This document shows, piece after piece, positions 1-12,490 of a DNA stretch of 64,000 bases. The stretch is from Myxococcales bacterium. GTDB taxonomy: Bacteria; Myxococcota_A; UBA9042; JABWCM01; BTVJ01. A program made the position numbers and the translations under genes. Every line of letters starts with the position of its first letter. Within the stretch, counting starts at the first letter, position 1. Location of the stretch: contig BTVJ01000012.1 in assembly GCA_045863395.1 (NCBI GenBank), positions 84,367-148,366 on the forward strand. Reading direction: 5' to 3'. Under the pieces are notes generated by a model. It worked only from the letters and a program-made list of their open reading frames with translations, was not told the DNA's origin and did no database searches.

Positions 1-364
1 GGAGCTGCTTCCACTGGAACGCGCGCAGCGAGCTCAGCGCCCGCGGGCCGTCCAAGGCGGCTGGGTGCATCAGCAGGGTGAAGCGCTCGAAGCCGGCCTC
101 CGAGTCAGCCATGGCTGCCGCGGTGAACAGCTCGAAGAGCAGCTCCTCTGGGGTCGCCGGATCGATCACAGGGGCCGGCGCTGCCGTGGGCTCGCTGGTG
201 CCGAGGTCCCGCGCCGGGACCGGCACGTCGGGCGCCGGGTCCGGCCGGTGTTCGGGACTCGCGGCGGCCGACCGAAGGGCCGCCACCTCGCCCCGCAACA
301 GCCCCACCTCGACACTCAGTGCCTCGATGCGTGCCATCAGGTCTGCGTTGGTCGGTCTCGCCAC
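1..364 (-). CDS. Hypothetical protein, 3' end beyond the window's left edge (MARPTNADLMARIEALSVEVGLLRGEVAALR...)
   Basis: Manually translated open frame from GTG at 364, just downstream of the S41 protease stop. Coiled-coil-like N-terminus, Pro-rich linker, then globular-looking sequence. Absent from the ORF track because it is truncated. Confidence 0.55.
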   Translation of the reverse strand, partial: MARPTNADLMARIEALSVEVGLLRGEVAALRSAAASPEHRPDPAPDVPVPARDLGTSEPTAAPAPVIDPATPEELLFELFTAAAMADSEAGFERFTLLMHPAALDGPRALSSLRAFQWKQL

Positions 365-373
365 CCAGGCCCT

Positions 374-2362
374 CTACTGCACGTCGGTGCCACCGGTAGG
401 CGTGGCCTTGGCCTGCGCCTGGGCGTCGGCGAGGCACTCGATGTAGTCCGCTGCCTTGAGGAGCTGGTAGTCGAAGCGGAGCTGCGGGTTCGGGTCCGCC
501 TGGTGGATCTGCTCCGCGTTGCCGCGCTTCTTCACGCACTCGTCGAGCATCCCCATCATCTCCGCGTTCTCGGAGGTGTAGGGAGTGGGGATCGCCGACA
601 GGTGGTTCGACAGGTTCTCCTCCCGGAAGCCGAGCGGCATGGGCTTGTCGATGTCCGGCGCCACCTCCACGTCTGGCGACACGCCGGTCACCTGGATGGT
701 GCGGCCGCTCGGCGCGTAGTAGCGGGCCACGGTCAGCTTGATGTAGTAACCCCGCCCGATGTCGGGGTTGAACAGGGTCTGCACGCTGGCCTTGCCAAAG
801 GACCGGTCACCGAGCACGAGTGCCCGCCGGTTGTCCTGGAGCGCGCTGGCGACGATCTCGCTCGCCGAGGCGCTGGAGTCGTTGGTCAGCACCACGAGCG
901 GCATGGAGTAGGTCTCCGTCGCGGACGACCTGTAGAGCTTCTCTTTGCCCGTGTCACGCTTCGTCCGATCCTTGACGGACACGATCTTGGAGCCCGACGG
1001 CAGGAACAGCTCGGAGATGCTCACGGCCTGGTTGAGCAGCCCGCCGCTGTTGCCCCGCAGGTCGAAGACGAGCCCGCGCAGCTTGGAGCCCGCCGCCTCC
1101 TTCTGCAGCTTGTCGATGGCGCGCTGCAGCTCGGAGGTGGACGTCGGTACGAAGCCCGTCAGCTTCACGTAGCCGATGTCCTTGTGGTGCTTGATCATGT
1201 TGGCCGACACGTTCTTGATCTCGATGAACGACCGGGTGATGGGGATCTCGATGTCCTCGGGCTCGCCCATGCGGCGCAGCGTCAGCGTGACCACGGTCGC
1301 CTTCGGGCCCCGGATGCGCTTGACCACCTGCGGGAGCTGGAGCCCGTCGATGGACTTTCCGTCCACCTTCACGATCACGTCACCCGCCCGGACGCCGGCG
1401 GCGTGGGCAGGCTGCCCCTCGATGGGGCTCTCCACGATGGTCTCGTCGTTGCGCTGCGTCAGGATGGCGCCGATGCCCTCGAAGCTGTTGTCCGTCGTGC
1501 GCTTCGTGGACTGGTCCCAGGCCTTGGAGCTCACCACGGACGAGTGGGGATCCAGCGACGAGAGGTATCCGTTGGCGGCCGCGATCCAGAGGTCGCGATC
1601 CAGCGACGTGAGCCGGTCCGCCGCCTCCTTGTCCTTCTTGGCCTCCTTCTTGAGCTGCGTCTTGCCCAGCTCCCGCGCCTTCTCCATGCACAGATCGAAG
1701 TGCTCGGGCTTGTAGTCGATCTTGGACCACTCACCCTCGAGGAGCTCCGTCCTCTTGCGCAGCTTGTCCCGTAGGTCCCGGATCTCGTCGTCGCTCAGCC
1801 GCTTGCGCTTCTCCTTCTCCTTCTTCTCGACCAGCTCCGCGGCGACGATGGGGAGGTCCTTGTAAGGCTTCAGCGTCTTGCCGCCCAGGCGCCCCTCCTC
1901 GTCGGGGTCGTCCTTGCGCGCCTCGTAGAAGGCTACCGGCAGGAGCTGGTGGGGCTGGTGCAGGCTCAGCATCGCGTAGTTGCAGGCCTCAGCGTAGGCG
2001 CGGCCATCCTTCGGGTGGTCGTCGATGTAGTGCTCGCGCACGAAGCGCCGCACCTCGTCGAAGTTCTCGCGGTCGAACCGGACCCCCTTCCAGAAGTTGC
2101 GGTCCTCCTCCTCCTCCTCCTCGTCGCCCTCCTGGGCCAGCGCCGGCGGGTCTTCGTTCGCGGGCTCGGCGGCGAGCTCTCCCGGCGCGTGGTCCAAGGG
2201 CACGCCCTCCGAGCCGGCGGCGGCGACGGTGCCAACCTCGCTCGGGCGCCGCTCCGGCTCCGCGGGCGCGGGCGCCTCCGAGCGGCAGGCGCCGACGGCC
2301 AGGGACAGGAGCGCAGCGAGAGAGAGAGAGCGGGCAACGGTCGAAAGCAGAGAGTTCCGCAC
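374..2362 (-). CDS. S41 family carboxyl-terminal processing protease (PDZ + S41), predicted lipoprotein
   Basis: Motifs DPHS, GIGA, DLRGNSGG, SASASEI (catalytic Ser) and FGKASVQ (catalytic Lys). Signal peptide with lipobox AVGAC. GTG start after GAGG. Confidence 0.92.
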   Translation of the reverse strand: MRNSLLSTVARSLSLAALLSLAVGACRSEAPAPAEPERRPSEVGTVAAAGSEGVPLDHAPGELAAEPANEDPPALAQEGDEEEEEEDRNFWKGVRFDRENFDEVRRFVREHYIDDHPKDGRAYAEACNYAMLSLHQPHQLLPVAFYEARKDDPDEEGRLGGKTLKPYKDLPIVAAELVEKKEKEKRKRLSDDEIRDLRDKLRKRTELLEGEWSKIDYKPEHFDLCMEKARELGKTQLKKEAKKDKEAADRLTSLDRDLWIAAANGYLSSLDPHSSVVSSKAWDQSTKRTTDNSFEGIGAILTQRNDETIVESPIEGQPAHAAGVRAGDVIVKVDGKSIDGLQLPQVVKRIRGPKATVVTLTLRRMGEPEDIEIPITRSFIEIKNVSANMIKHHKDIGYVKLTGFVPTSTSELQRAIDKLQKEAAGSKLRGLVFDLRGNSGGLLNQAVSISELFLPSGSKIVSVKDRTKRDTGKEKLYRSSATETYSMPLVVLTNDSSASASEIVASALQDNRRALVLGDRSFGKASVQTLFNPDIGRGYYIKLTVARYYAPSGRTIQVTGVSPDVEVAPDIDKPMPLGFREENLSNHLSAIPTPYTSENAEMMGMLDECVKKRGNAEQIHQADPNPQLRFDYQLLKAADYIECLADAQAQAKATPTGGTDVQ

Positions 2363-2592
2363 TGGGCCACCTCGATGATTGACACGATTCTGCGTGGAGG
2401 CGCGACTCCTCCGCATCGTAACGGCAATGGCGCGCTGCCATCAAGGGGGCATCTTGCCCCGCCCCGGAGCGCCCTGGCCGACCCCGTGCGAACAACGACG
2501 CCCGAGGCCCCGTTTATTTCGGACGTTCTGCTTGCGGACATCTGTCGAATCGCGGACGGTACGGCCATGCCCCCGCGAGGCAGGGAGGTGCC

Positions 2593-4164
2593 ATGGACAA
2601 GCAGCGCTGGGACTTCGTGGTCGTCGGATCGGGCTTCGGCGGGAGCGTCAGCGCGCTTCGGCTGGCAGAGAAGGGCTGGCGCGTGCTGGTCCTGGAGAAG
2701 GGCCGGCGCTTCGCCCCAGGCGACTTCCCCGAGACGAACTGGGACCTGCGCCGCTGGATGTGGGGCCCTCGCTTGGGCATGCAGGGCATCTTCCAGATGA
2801 GCTTCCTGCGCCACGTGACGGTGCTGCACGGCGTGGGGGTCGGCGGCGGCTCGCTGGTCTACGCCAACACCCTGCCCGTCCCCAAGGACCCCTTCTTCCG
2901 GGCCCCGTCGTGGGGCCACCTGGCCGACTGGAAGAGGGAGCTCGCCCCCTGCTACGCCACCGCGCGCCGGATGCTGGGCGCCACGCCCAACCCCCGCTGG
3001 ACCCGGGGCGACCAGGTGCTCTCCGAGATCGCGAAGGAGATGGGGCGCTCGGAGCACCACCACCCGACGGACGTCGCCGTCTACTTCGGGGAGCCCGGCC
3101 GCTCGGTGACCGACCCGTACTTCGGCGGCGAGGGCCCGTCACGCACCGGGTGCACACACTGCGGCGCGTGCATGACCGGGTGCCGCGTGGGGGCCAAGAA
3201 CACGCTGGACAGAAACTATCTGTGGCTGGCCGAGCGTCGCGGCGTCACCGTGGTGCCCGAGACGGAGGTCACCGCCCTGCGCCCGGGCAAAGACGGCTAT
3301 CGTCTGGAGGTTCGTCCCTCCCTGCGTCCGGGCCGCGCACGCACCATCACCGCGGATCGGGTCGTGCTGGCTGGCGGCGTCATGGGCACGGTCCCCCTGC
3401 TCCTCGCCATGAAGGAGGACGGCCTCCCCGCCCTGTCCGACCGGGTCGGGGACTTCGTGCGGACCAACAGCGAGGCGCTCTTTGGCGTCGTGTCCGCCAA
3501 CCCCGAAGACGACTTTACCGAGGGGGTGGCGATCACGTCGATCCTGCACACGGACGAGCACAGCCACATCGAGCCCGTGCGGTATGCGGCGGGCTCCGGG
3601 TTCTTCCGCCTGCTGGTCGCGCCCCACGCCCCGGGCGAGACCGCGGCGGAGCGTCTCGCGGGCGCTCTACGAATGCTGGCCGCCGATCCCGCTACGTGGC
3701 TCCGCGCCATGACCGTGGCGGACTTCGCCAGGCAGAGTCAGGTGCTGCTCTACATGCGGACCCTGGAGGGGAGCCTGCGGCTGCGGCTCGGCCGGGGCCT
3801 CCACACGGGCCTGCGGAGGGGACTGGTCAGCGAGCTGGCCGACCCGGCCAATGCGCCGCGCGCGTTCATCCCCGAGGCGACGGACCTGGCGCGCCGCTTC
3901 GCCGACAAGGTCGGAGGCGTCCCCATGAACATGATGACGGAGACACTGCTCGGCGTGCCCTCGACGGCGCACATCCTGGGCGGTGCCTGCATGGGGAGCG
4001 ACCGGGACGAGGGCGTCATCGACCCGTGGCACCGGGTCCACGGCTATCCGGGCCTCTACGTGGTGGACGGGGCGGCCGTCTCGGCAAACCCGGGAGTCAA
4101 CCCGTCACTGACCATCACGGCCCTGGCGGAGCGAGCCATGGCGGCCATCCCGGCGCGCGCCTGA
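2593..4164 (+). CDS. GMC oxidoreductase, cholesterol oxidase (ChoD)-like
   Basis: VVGSGFGGSV FAD motif, GVGGGSLVYAN, CxxCGxCMxGC, AKNTLD, HILGG, GVNPSLTI. RBS GGGAGG. Confidence 0.88.
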   Translation: MDKQRWDFVVVGSGFGGSVSALRLAEKGWRVLVLEKGRRFAPGDFPETNWDLRRWMWGPRLGMQGIFQMSFLRHVTVLHGVGVGGGSLVYANTLPVPKDPFFRAPSWGHLADWKRELAPCYATARRMLGATPNPRWTRGDQVLSEIAKEMGRSEHHHPTDVAVYFGEPGRSVTDPYFGGEGPSRTGCTHCGACMTGCRVGAKNTLDRNYLWLAERRGVTVVPETEVTALRPGKDGYRLEVRPSLRPGRARTITADRVVLAGGVMGTVPLLLAMKEDGLPALSDRVGDFVRTNSEALFGVVSANPEDDFTEGVAITSILHTDEHSHIEPVRYAAGSGFFRLLVAPHAPGETAAERLAGALRMLAADPATWLRAMTVADFARQSQVLLYMRTLEGSLRLRLGRGLHTGLRRGLVSELADPANAPRAFIPEATDLARRFADKVGGVPMNMMTETLLGVPSTAHILGGACMGSDRDEGVIDPWHRVHGYPGLYVVDGAAVSANPGVNPSLTITALAERAMAAIPARA

Positions 4165-4179
4165 CCTTGAGTGCAGCGA

Positions 4180-4635
4180 TCAGGCGTGCCCGGTGTGACC
4201 GAAGCCGCCTGCGCCGCGTGAGGTGTCGTCCAGCTCCTCGACCAGCTCCACCTGCACGACGCCGTGGCGCGCCAGCACGAGCTGGGCGATGCGGTCGCCC
4301 CTCGCGATGGTGAACGGCTCGCGACCGAGGTTGATGGCGATGACGGAGACCTCTCCCCGGTAGTCGCTGTCGATGGTCCCGGGGGTGTTCAGCAGGGTGA
4401 CGCCGTGTCGCAGGGCGAGGCCGCTGCGGGGGCGCACCTGGGCCTCCCAACCGTGGGGAACGGCGATGGCGAGGCCGGTGGGGACCAGGGCCCGGTCGCC
4501 AGGCCCGAGGGTCAGGGGTGTCGTAACGGCGGCCCGCAGATCCATGCCCGCGGAGCCGCTCGTCTGGGGGGACGGCAGCGGCAGGTCCGCGTCTGCCTCG
4601 CGCACGCGGCGCACCCGAAGCAGGACGCGGTCCAT
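4180..4635 (-). CDS. dut: dUTP diphosphatase
   Basis: [36 protein letters not shown]. Confidence 0.97.
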   Translation of the reverse strand: MDRVLLRVRRVREADADLPLPSPQTSGSAGMDLRAAVTTPLTLGPGDRALVPTGLAIAVPHGWEAQVRPRSGLALRHGVTLLNTPGTIDSDYRGEVSVIAINLGREPFTIARGDRIAQLVLARHGVVQVELVEELDDTSRGAGGFGHTGHA

Positions 4636-4637
4636 CG

Positions 4638-6725
<2,088 letters not shown>

Positions 6726-6899
6726 GGGAATTTCCTCTGCCGTTCCTGGCATGGCCGAGGCCCCTTGCCCTCCCCACTCGGGAGGACGAGGCGCGCGCAG
6801 CGCTGGGGGGCACGGGTCATGCGCTCTATCGATGGCCCTGGGGAAGATCCGCCAGAGCCCGGGGGGAGGGAGCATCGGAAGCGGAAGGAGGTCGGTGCC

Positions 6900-6955
6900 A
6901 TGAATGAAGCCGCGGAGGACACGCGCATCGTCGTGCGCCCCGCGCCTTCACTCAT
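6900..6955 (-). promoter_or_regulatory. Long imperfect stem-loop in the rpsO-pnp intergenic region (candidate RNase III site)
   Basis: ATGAGTGAAGGCGCGGGGCGCACG pairs with CGTGTCCTCCGCGGCTTCATTCAT: about 24 bp, 2 mismatches, some G-U pairs, 8-nt loop. Confidence 0.5.
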
Positions 6956-6998
6956 CGTAGCTCGTCCGGCCCCCCCGCCGCCGGGGGGCGCCCCCGCG

Positions 6999-7268
6999 CT
7001 ACTTACGAATGCCGAGCTCGCGGATGACCGTGGCGTACCGGCTGACGTCCTTCGACTTCACATAGTCGAGCATGCGCCGCCGCTGGCCGACGAGCTTCAG
7101 CAGCCCGCGGCGGGAGTGGTGGTCCTTCTTGTGGGTCTTGAAGTGCTCGGTGAGGTAGTTGATCCGCTCCGTGAGAAGCGCGATCTGGACCTCGGGCGAG
7201 CCCGTGTCCCCCTCGTGCGCACGAAACTTCTCGATGATCTCTTGCTTTCGGACCGTATGCAGGCCCAT
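6999..7268 (-). CDS. rpsO: 30S ribosomal protein S15
   Basis: [33 protein letters not shown]. 89 aa. RBS AGGAGG. Confidence 0.98.
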   Translation of the reverse strand: MGLHTVRKQEIIEKFRAHEGDTGSPEVQIALLTERINYLTEHFKTHKKDHHSRRGLLKLVGQRRRMLDYVKSKDVSRYATVIRELGIRK

Positions 7269-7338
7269 GGGTGCTCCTCCTGACGGGGGGTCGTGTTCAG
7301 GACCCCGATGCTGTTCCAATCCCAATTCGCGGGCCACA

Positions 7339-7367
7339 GTTATAGAGGCGAGCCCCGGTGGTGTCAA
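7339..7367 (-). promoter_or_regulatory. Sigma70-type promoter of rpsO-pnp
   Basis: TTGACA-N17-TATAAC; the -35 overlaps the truB stop codon. Confidence 0.75.
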
Positions 7368-8263
7368 CGCGAATCTCCGCCTGCCGCAGCGGAAAACCCT
7401 CGCACGACCTCGACCAGCCCGCCATGTACCCTACCGACGGCTACGAGCCTCCCACACGGATCCAGGAGTCGAGTCGCCTCTGCGTCCGAGGTACCCGAGA
7501 CAGCCACCCGCTGGCCCCACCCGACGCGCTGCGCCGTGTCCTCGTCCAGGTGGAGCGCCGGCAGGTGCGCCAGCGCCTCCTCGATGGGTACCAGCCGCCC
7601 CGCGACCTCACGCCCCTGGGACAAGACCTCCGTGAGGGAGACCGCGCCGGCGACCCGGAAGGCACCGCTCTCCGTGCGGCGCAGCGCAGCGAGGTGCGCC
7701 ACCGTGCCCAGGGCGCGCCCCAGGTCCCGCGCGAGGCTGCGGATGTACGTGCCCTTGCCGCACCGCACGCGGAGCGACACGCGGCCAGGCTCAAAGCCCG
7801 TGACCGTGATGTGCTCCATGCGCACCCACCGCGATGGCGCCTCTACGGCCACTCCGGCCCGGGCCAGCTCGTAGAGCCGCCTCCCGCCTTGGTGGATGGC
7901 GCTGTAGGCGGGCGGGACCTGCTCCACGAGACCGACGAAGGCGCGGGCTGCCTCGATGGCGGCCTCCCGCGTGACGTGCGCGGCGTCCGCCTCGGCGACG
8001 ACGACGCCCTCCGTGTCCAGGGTGTCCGTCTCCGAACCAAGCGCGACGACCGCCTCGTACTCCTTGTCCCCGTCCATGAGGAACGGCACAGCCTTGGTCG
8101 CCTCGCCGACGCACACGACGAGCAGGCCCGTCGCGAAGGGGTCGAGGGTCCCGGCGTGGCCGACCCGCCGGACGCCGAGCGCCCGCCGCACGGCCTGGAC
8201 CACGTCGAAGGAGGTGACGCCCGGCGGCTTGTCCACGGCGAGGACGCCGCCCAGCTCACCCAT
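7364..8263 (-). CDS. truB: tRNA pseudouridine(55) synthase TruB
   Basis: [50 protein letters not shown]. Confidence 0.96.
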   Translation of the reverse strand: MGELGGVLAVDKPPGVTSFDVVQAVRRALGVRRVGHAGTLDPFATGLLVVCVGEATKAVPFLMDGDKEYEAVVALGSETDTLDTEGVVVAEADAAHVTREAAIEAARAFVGLVEQVPPAYSAIHQGGRRLYELARAGVAVEAPSRWVRMEHITVTGFEPGRVSLRVRCGKGTYIRSLARDLGRALGTVAHLAALRRTESGAFRVAGAVSLTEVLSQGREVAGRLVPIEEALAHLPALHLDEDTAQRVGWGQRVAVSGTSDAEATRLLDPCGRLVAVGRVHGGLVEVVRGFSAAAGGDSR

Positions 8264-8669
8264 CGGAGCCCGGGTCGTCCGCGTCGCCCTTGTCGTCAGC
8301 CCCCTCAACCCCGTCAGGCGGCTGCTCGTGCAGGGCGTGAATGATCTGATCGACGCGCCGCCCCTGCTCCACGCCCCGGTCCATGACGAACTGAAGGCGC
8401 GGACTGTACCGCAGCGCGAGCTGGTCCCCGACGTGGCCCCGAAGGAAGCCGGCGACGCTGGCCAGGCCCGCAGCGACGGCCTCCGGGTTGGCCCCCTCCA
8501 TGGGGTACCAGGTGACGCGAGCCGTGCCCAGGTCCGACGAGACGTGCACGCCAGTGACGACAGCGCCACGGACCCGAGGGTCCTTCACGGTGCGCTGCAA
8601 GGCCTCGCTGACGACCTCGCGCAACAGGGGCGCGAGCCGCTCGGCCCGCGAGAAGGTCTTCTTCTGCAT
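8256..8669 (-). CDS. rbfA: Ribosome-binding factor A
   Basis: KDPR, VSSDLGTA, LRYSPRLQF. Located between DUF503 and truB. Confidence 0.92.
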   Translation of the reverse strand: MQKKTFSRAERLAPLLREVVSEALQRTVKDPRVRGAVVTGVHVSSDLGTARVTWYPMEGANPEAVAAGLASVAGFLRGHVGDQLALRYSPRLQFVMDRGVEQGRRVDQIIHALHEQPPDGVEGADDKGDADDPGSDG

Positions 8670-8962
8670 CAGTAGTTCACGATCTCGAACTGGTGGTCTT
8701 CCACCGGCGCGAGCCCCATGGCGTCGATGAACTCGACGATGGTGTCGATGCGGGACTGGATCACGCGCCGGTCATTGCCGACGACGGCAAACCCGAGCAC
8801 CCCGCGGTCCAGGACGTCCAGGTCGTCCACCTCGGCGATGGCCACGTTGAAGCGGTTGCGGGAGCGGTCGATGACCCGGCGGAGGACGGAGCGCTTGCCC
8901 TTGAGCGAGTCGTTCCCCTCGATGCCGAGATCCAGCCGGCACACTCCGACGATCAGAGCCAT
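8669..8962 (-). CDS. DUF503 (YlxP) family protein
   Basis: SLKGKRSVL, RFNVAIAEV. Canonical position after infB. Confidence 0.9.
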   Translation of the reverse strand: MALIVGVCRLDLGIEGNDSLKGKRSVLRRVIDRSRNRFNVAIAEVDDLDVLDRGVLGFAVVGNDRRVIQSRIDTIVEFIDAMGLAPVEDHQFEIVNY

Positions 8963-8981
8963 GCTCTCACCCTGGGCTGCG

Positions 8982-11786
8982 CTACAAGGTCTGGCTCACC
9001 TCGATGATCTCGAAGACCTCGATGATGTCGCCGATCTTGATGTCGTTGTAGCCGTCGAGCCCGACGCCGCACTCGTAGCCCTCGCGCACCTCCTTGACGT
9101 CGTCCTTGAAGCGGCGCAGCGAGCCGACCCGCCCCTTCCAGACCTGGACGCCGTCGCGGACGAGGCGCACCTGGGCGCCACGGCGCACGATGCCGCTCGT
9201 GACCATGCAGCCCGCGATGGTGCCGACCTTGGGCACGGGGAAGGTCTCGCGGACCTCCACCCGCCCGAGGGAGCGCTCCTCCAGGGTCGGCGCCAGCAGT
9301 CCCTCCAGGGCCTTCCGCACGTCGTCGAGGGCCTCGTAGATGATGGTGTAGAGCTTGAGCTCGACCTTCTCCTGCTCCGCGAGGGCCTTGGCGCTCGGCT
9401 CGGGCCTGACGTTGAAGCCGATGATGATCGCGTTGGACGCGCTGGCCAGGTTGATGTCGCTCTCCGTGATGGCGCCGACGCCGTCGTGGATGATGCGCAC
9501 CTTGACCTTGTCGTGCTTGATGTCGCCGAGCGCCTTCTTGAGCGCCTCGGCTGATCCGTGCACGTCGGTCTTGAGGATGAGCTTGAGCTCCTGCACCTCG
9601 CCCGCGCTGATCTGCTCGTAGAGCTTGTCGAGGGTGGTCTTGGACGTGGCGCCCATCTGCTTCTTGCGCTCCGCCTGGATGCGGTGCTCGACCACCTGGC
9701 GCGCCAGCTTGTCGTCGCTGACCACGTAGAACATGTCCGACGCGATGGGCACCGAGTCGAGCCCGAGGACCTCCACGGGCATCGCAGGGCCGGCCTCGTC
9801 CACCTTGTTGCCCTTGTCGTCCATCAGGGCGCGCACGCGGCCCGCCGACGTTCCCGTGAGGATGGTGTCGCCCACGCGCAAGGTGCCGTCCTGCACGAGC
9901 ACGCTCGCCACGGGGCCGCGGCCCCGGTCGAGCTGGGACTCGATGACCACGCCGCGCGCCGCCTTGTTGGGGTTGGCCGACAGGTCCAGGATCTCGGACT
10001 GGAGCACCAGCATCTCCAGGAGGTGGTCGAAGCCCTCTCCGGTGTGCGCGCTGACCTTGCACACGATGGTGTCGCCGCCCCACTCCTCGGCCTGGAGCCC
10101 GTGCTCCGCCAGCTCCTGCAGCACGCGCTCGGGGCGCGCGTTGGACTTGTCGATCTTGTTGACCGCCACGATGATCGGCACGTCCGCCTCGCGGGCGTGG
10201 TTGATCGCCTCGATGGTCTGCGGCATGACGCCGTCGTCCGCCGCCACCACGAGGATGACCACGTCCGTCACCTGGGCGCCGCGGGCACGCATGGCCGTAA
10301 AGGCCTCGTGGCCCGGGGTGTCCAGGAACACGATCTGGCCGCCGGGCAGGTCGACGCGATAGGCGCCGATGTGCTGCGTGATGCCGCCAGCCTCCCCGTC
10401 GGCGACCCGCGCCTTGCGGATCCGATCGAGGAGCGACGTCTTGCCGTGGTCGACGTGACCCATCACCGTGACCACCGGGGGCCGCGGCAGCAGATCCTCG
10501 TCTGCGTCCTCGATCTCGGGGATCAGCTTGTCGATGTCGAAGGCCACGTTCTCGGCCGTGAAGCCGAACTCTCCTGCGATGGTCTCCGCCGTGTCGAAGT
10601 CCAGCGACTGCGTGATCGTCGCCATGACGCCCAACGCCATGAGCTGACGAATGATGTCGCCCGCCTTGACGCTGAGCATGGCGGCCAGCTCCTGGACGCT
10701 GACCGTGTCCTCGATCTTGACGATGCGCTTGCTCGCCTTCGGCGTGGTGAGCTGCGTCTTCATCGCCTTTCTGGGCTTGGCGTTCCGGCGGCCGCGCCGC
10801 CCACCCCGGGCCCCCAGGTCGTCCATGTCCACGGCAGTCATGAAGTTGAACGCGCCGCCGCGACGATCAAAGACCTGCTTGCCCTTGGGCTTCTTGGCGG
10901 CGCCGCGCCGATCATCTTCGGCGGTGGTGCGGCCTGGCGGCGTGGCGGGCGCCGGTCCGGTCGGCGCCGGCCGCCGCCCCGGTGCCGGGGCCAGGCCTCC
11001 CCGCGGATCCAGCGCCGGTGGCGGGGCCTGACCCATGCGAGGATCGGGACCGCGCCCGGGCGGCATCCCAGGCCCACGATTGGGGGGCATCGGGCGCCCG
11101 AGCGTCGGGCGCTGTCCAGGCGGACGAGGCGGCACGAAGCCTGCCGGCGGCGGTGCGATGACGACCGCCTGCCGGTCGGTCGGCCGCGCATCGGGGTCGA
11201 TCCTGAGCGTCGTGGGCCGCCGCACCTCTGGAGCAGCAGGCTCGGGAGCTGCCTCCGCAACCGGCGCAGGCGCCTCCACGGGAGGAGGCGGCTCCACATC
11301 GCGAACCGGGGCCTCCTCCACGGGCTGCGGCGCGGGCGGCGCCACCTCCACCGAAGCAGCCTCGCGCACTGCGGGCACTTCGAGCTCTGGCGCCTCCGCC
11401 GCGGGCTCACGGGCCGGGATGACCTCAGCCGGCCGCTCGACGACCGGCTCCTCCCACTGCGGCGCCACCTCCGCGGCGGCCGGTGCCGGCTCTGGGACCG
11501 CAGCCGGCTCCTCCCGCCCGACCCGCGACACGGCGCGCGCCTCCCGGGGAGCCTCCTCCTCCGTGGCCAGGCGCCGCCGCCGCACGACGGTCTTCGCTAC
11601 CCGCGTCTCGACGACCTCACCCTCCCGCGGCTGCAGGAACAGGCGCTTCAGGCGGGCGGCCTCGTCCAGGTCCAGCGCCGTGAGGTGGTCGCGGACGATG
11701 AGGCCGGCCTCTGCTGCGCGAGCGATCAGGGCGCTGCTCTCGACCTTCAGCTCCCGGGCAATCTCATAGATCTTGGTCTTGCTCAT
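8982..11786 (-). CDS. infB: Translation initiation factor IF-2
   Basis: [38 protein letters not shown]. Confidence 0.99.
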   Translation of the reverse strand: MSKTKIYEIARELKVESSALIARAAEAGLIVRDHLTALDLDEAARLKRLFLQPREGEVVETRVAKTVVRRRRLATEEEAPREARAVSRVGREEPAAVPEPAPAAAEVAPQWEEPVVERPAEVIPAREPAAEAPELEVPAVREAASVEVAPPAPQPVEEAPVRDVEPPPPVEAPAPVAEAAPEPAAPEVRRPTTLRIDPDARPTDRQAVVIAPPPAGFVPPRPPGQRPTLGRPMPPNRGPGMPPGRGPDPRMGQAPPPALDPRGGLAPAPGRRPAPTGPAPATPPGRTTAEDDRRGAAKKPKGKQVFDRRGGAFNFMTAVDMDDLGARGGRRGRRNAKPRKAMKTQLTTPKASKRIVKIEDTVSVQELAAMLSVKAGDIIRQLMALGVMATITQSLDFDTAETIAGEFGFTAENVAFDIDKLIPEIEDADEDLLPRPPVVTVMGHVDHGKTSLLDRIRKARVADGEAGGITQHIGAYRVDLPGGQIVFLDTPGHEAFTAMRARGAQVTDVVILVVAADDGVMPQTIEAINHAREADVPIIVAVNKIDKSNARPERVLQELAEHGLQAEEWGGDTIVCKVSAHTGEGFDHLLEMLVLQSEILDLSANPNKAARGVVIESQLDRGRGPVASVLVQDGTLRVGDTILTGTSAGRVRALMDDKGNKVDEAGPAMPVEVLGLDSVPIASDMFYVVSDDKLARQVVEHRIQAERKKQMGATSKTTLDKLYEQISAGEVQELKLILKTDVHGSAEALKKALGDIKHDKVKVRIIHDGVGAITESDINLASASNAIIIGFNVRPEPSAKALAEQEKVELKLYTIIYEALDDVRKALEGLLAPTLEERSLGRVEVRETFPVPKVGTIAGCMVTSGIVRRGAQVRLVRDGVQVWKGRVGSLRRFKDDVKEVREGYECGVGLDGYNDIKIGDIIEVFEIIEVSQTL

Positions 11787-12343
11787 TCGTCACCTGCTGG
11801 GTCCCGGTGGGTGAGCCGGGGGTCCATCCCGTCCCGACGCACCCGAGGAGACCGGTCGTTGCGATCCCGCGGGACACGTCCTTCAATCAGATGTGGTGCG
11901 CGCTCTGCGCGTTCGACCCCCTCGAGCGCCGCGACCCGGCCTGCACGCGCCCGCAGGCGCCGCGCAGCCGCCTCGCTGGCAGCCGGGAGGACGACGAGGT
12001 CCCCGGTGGCCTCGGCGATGCGCCCCCTGCGCGCGCCGTCCACGACGCGCGCGAAGGAGGCCCGCTCGAGCTCGAGTGTGGTGCGTGTGAAGGCCGCCGC
12101 GTCCGTGACCGGGTGGACGCCGAGCGCCCGCCCGAAGGCGCCGCGCTTCAGGGCGCGCTGGATGCAGCGCAGCTCCGGGCAGAGGTAGCCGCCGCGACCA
12201 TGCGCGGTGTGCGGTGGGTCGGGGCGCAGCTCGCCGCCCGCGGCGACGAACCGGCACAGCTCCGCCTTGGGCCGCGAGGTGCGGCACCCGAGGCAGGTGC
12301 GTACCGGTGATCGCCAAATCCGGGGGCTCTCTGACAAAGGCAC
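11783..12343 (-). CDS. YlxR/DUF448 (RnpM-like) RNA-binding protein with C-terminal extension
   Basis: PVRTCLGCR...KAELCRFV...GRGGYLC...CIQRA. Lies between nusA and infB. Start uncertain. Confidence 0.8.
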   Translation of the reverse strand: MPLSESPRIWRSPVRTCLGCRTSRPKAELCRFVAAGGELRPDPPHTAHGRGGYLCPELRCIQRALKRGAFGRALGVHPVTDAAAFTRTTLELERASFARVVDGARRGRIAEATGDLVVLPAASEAAARRLRARAGRVAALEGVERAERAPHLIEGRVPRDRNDRSPRVRRDGMDPRLTHRDPAGDE

Positions 12344-12490
12344 CTCTCATGGGCCCGGCTGCGGGGCGTCCACCCGCCCCAGGCGATCCTGACGACCGCT
12401 GGGACGGTGCCACCGTAGTGGATGGGCCGTCGGTTCTCGGAGCGCCGGCGTGTCATCGCCGGTCGCTCGCGCCGCACAGGGCGGTCGCCA

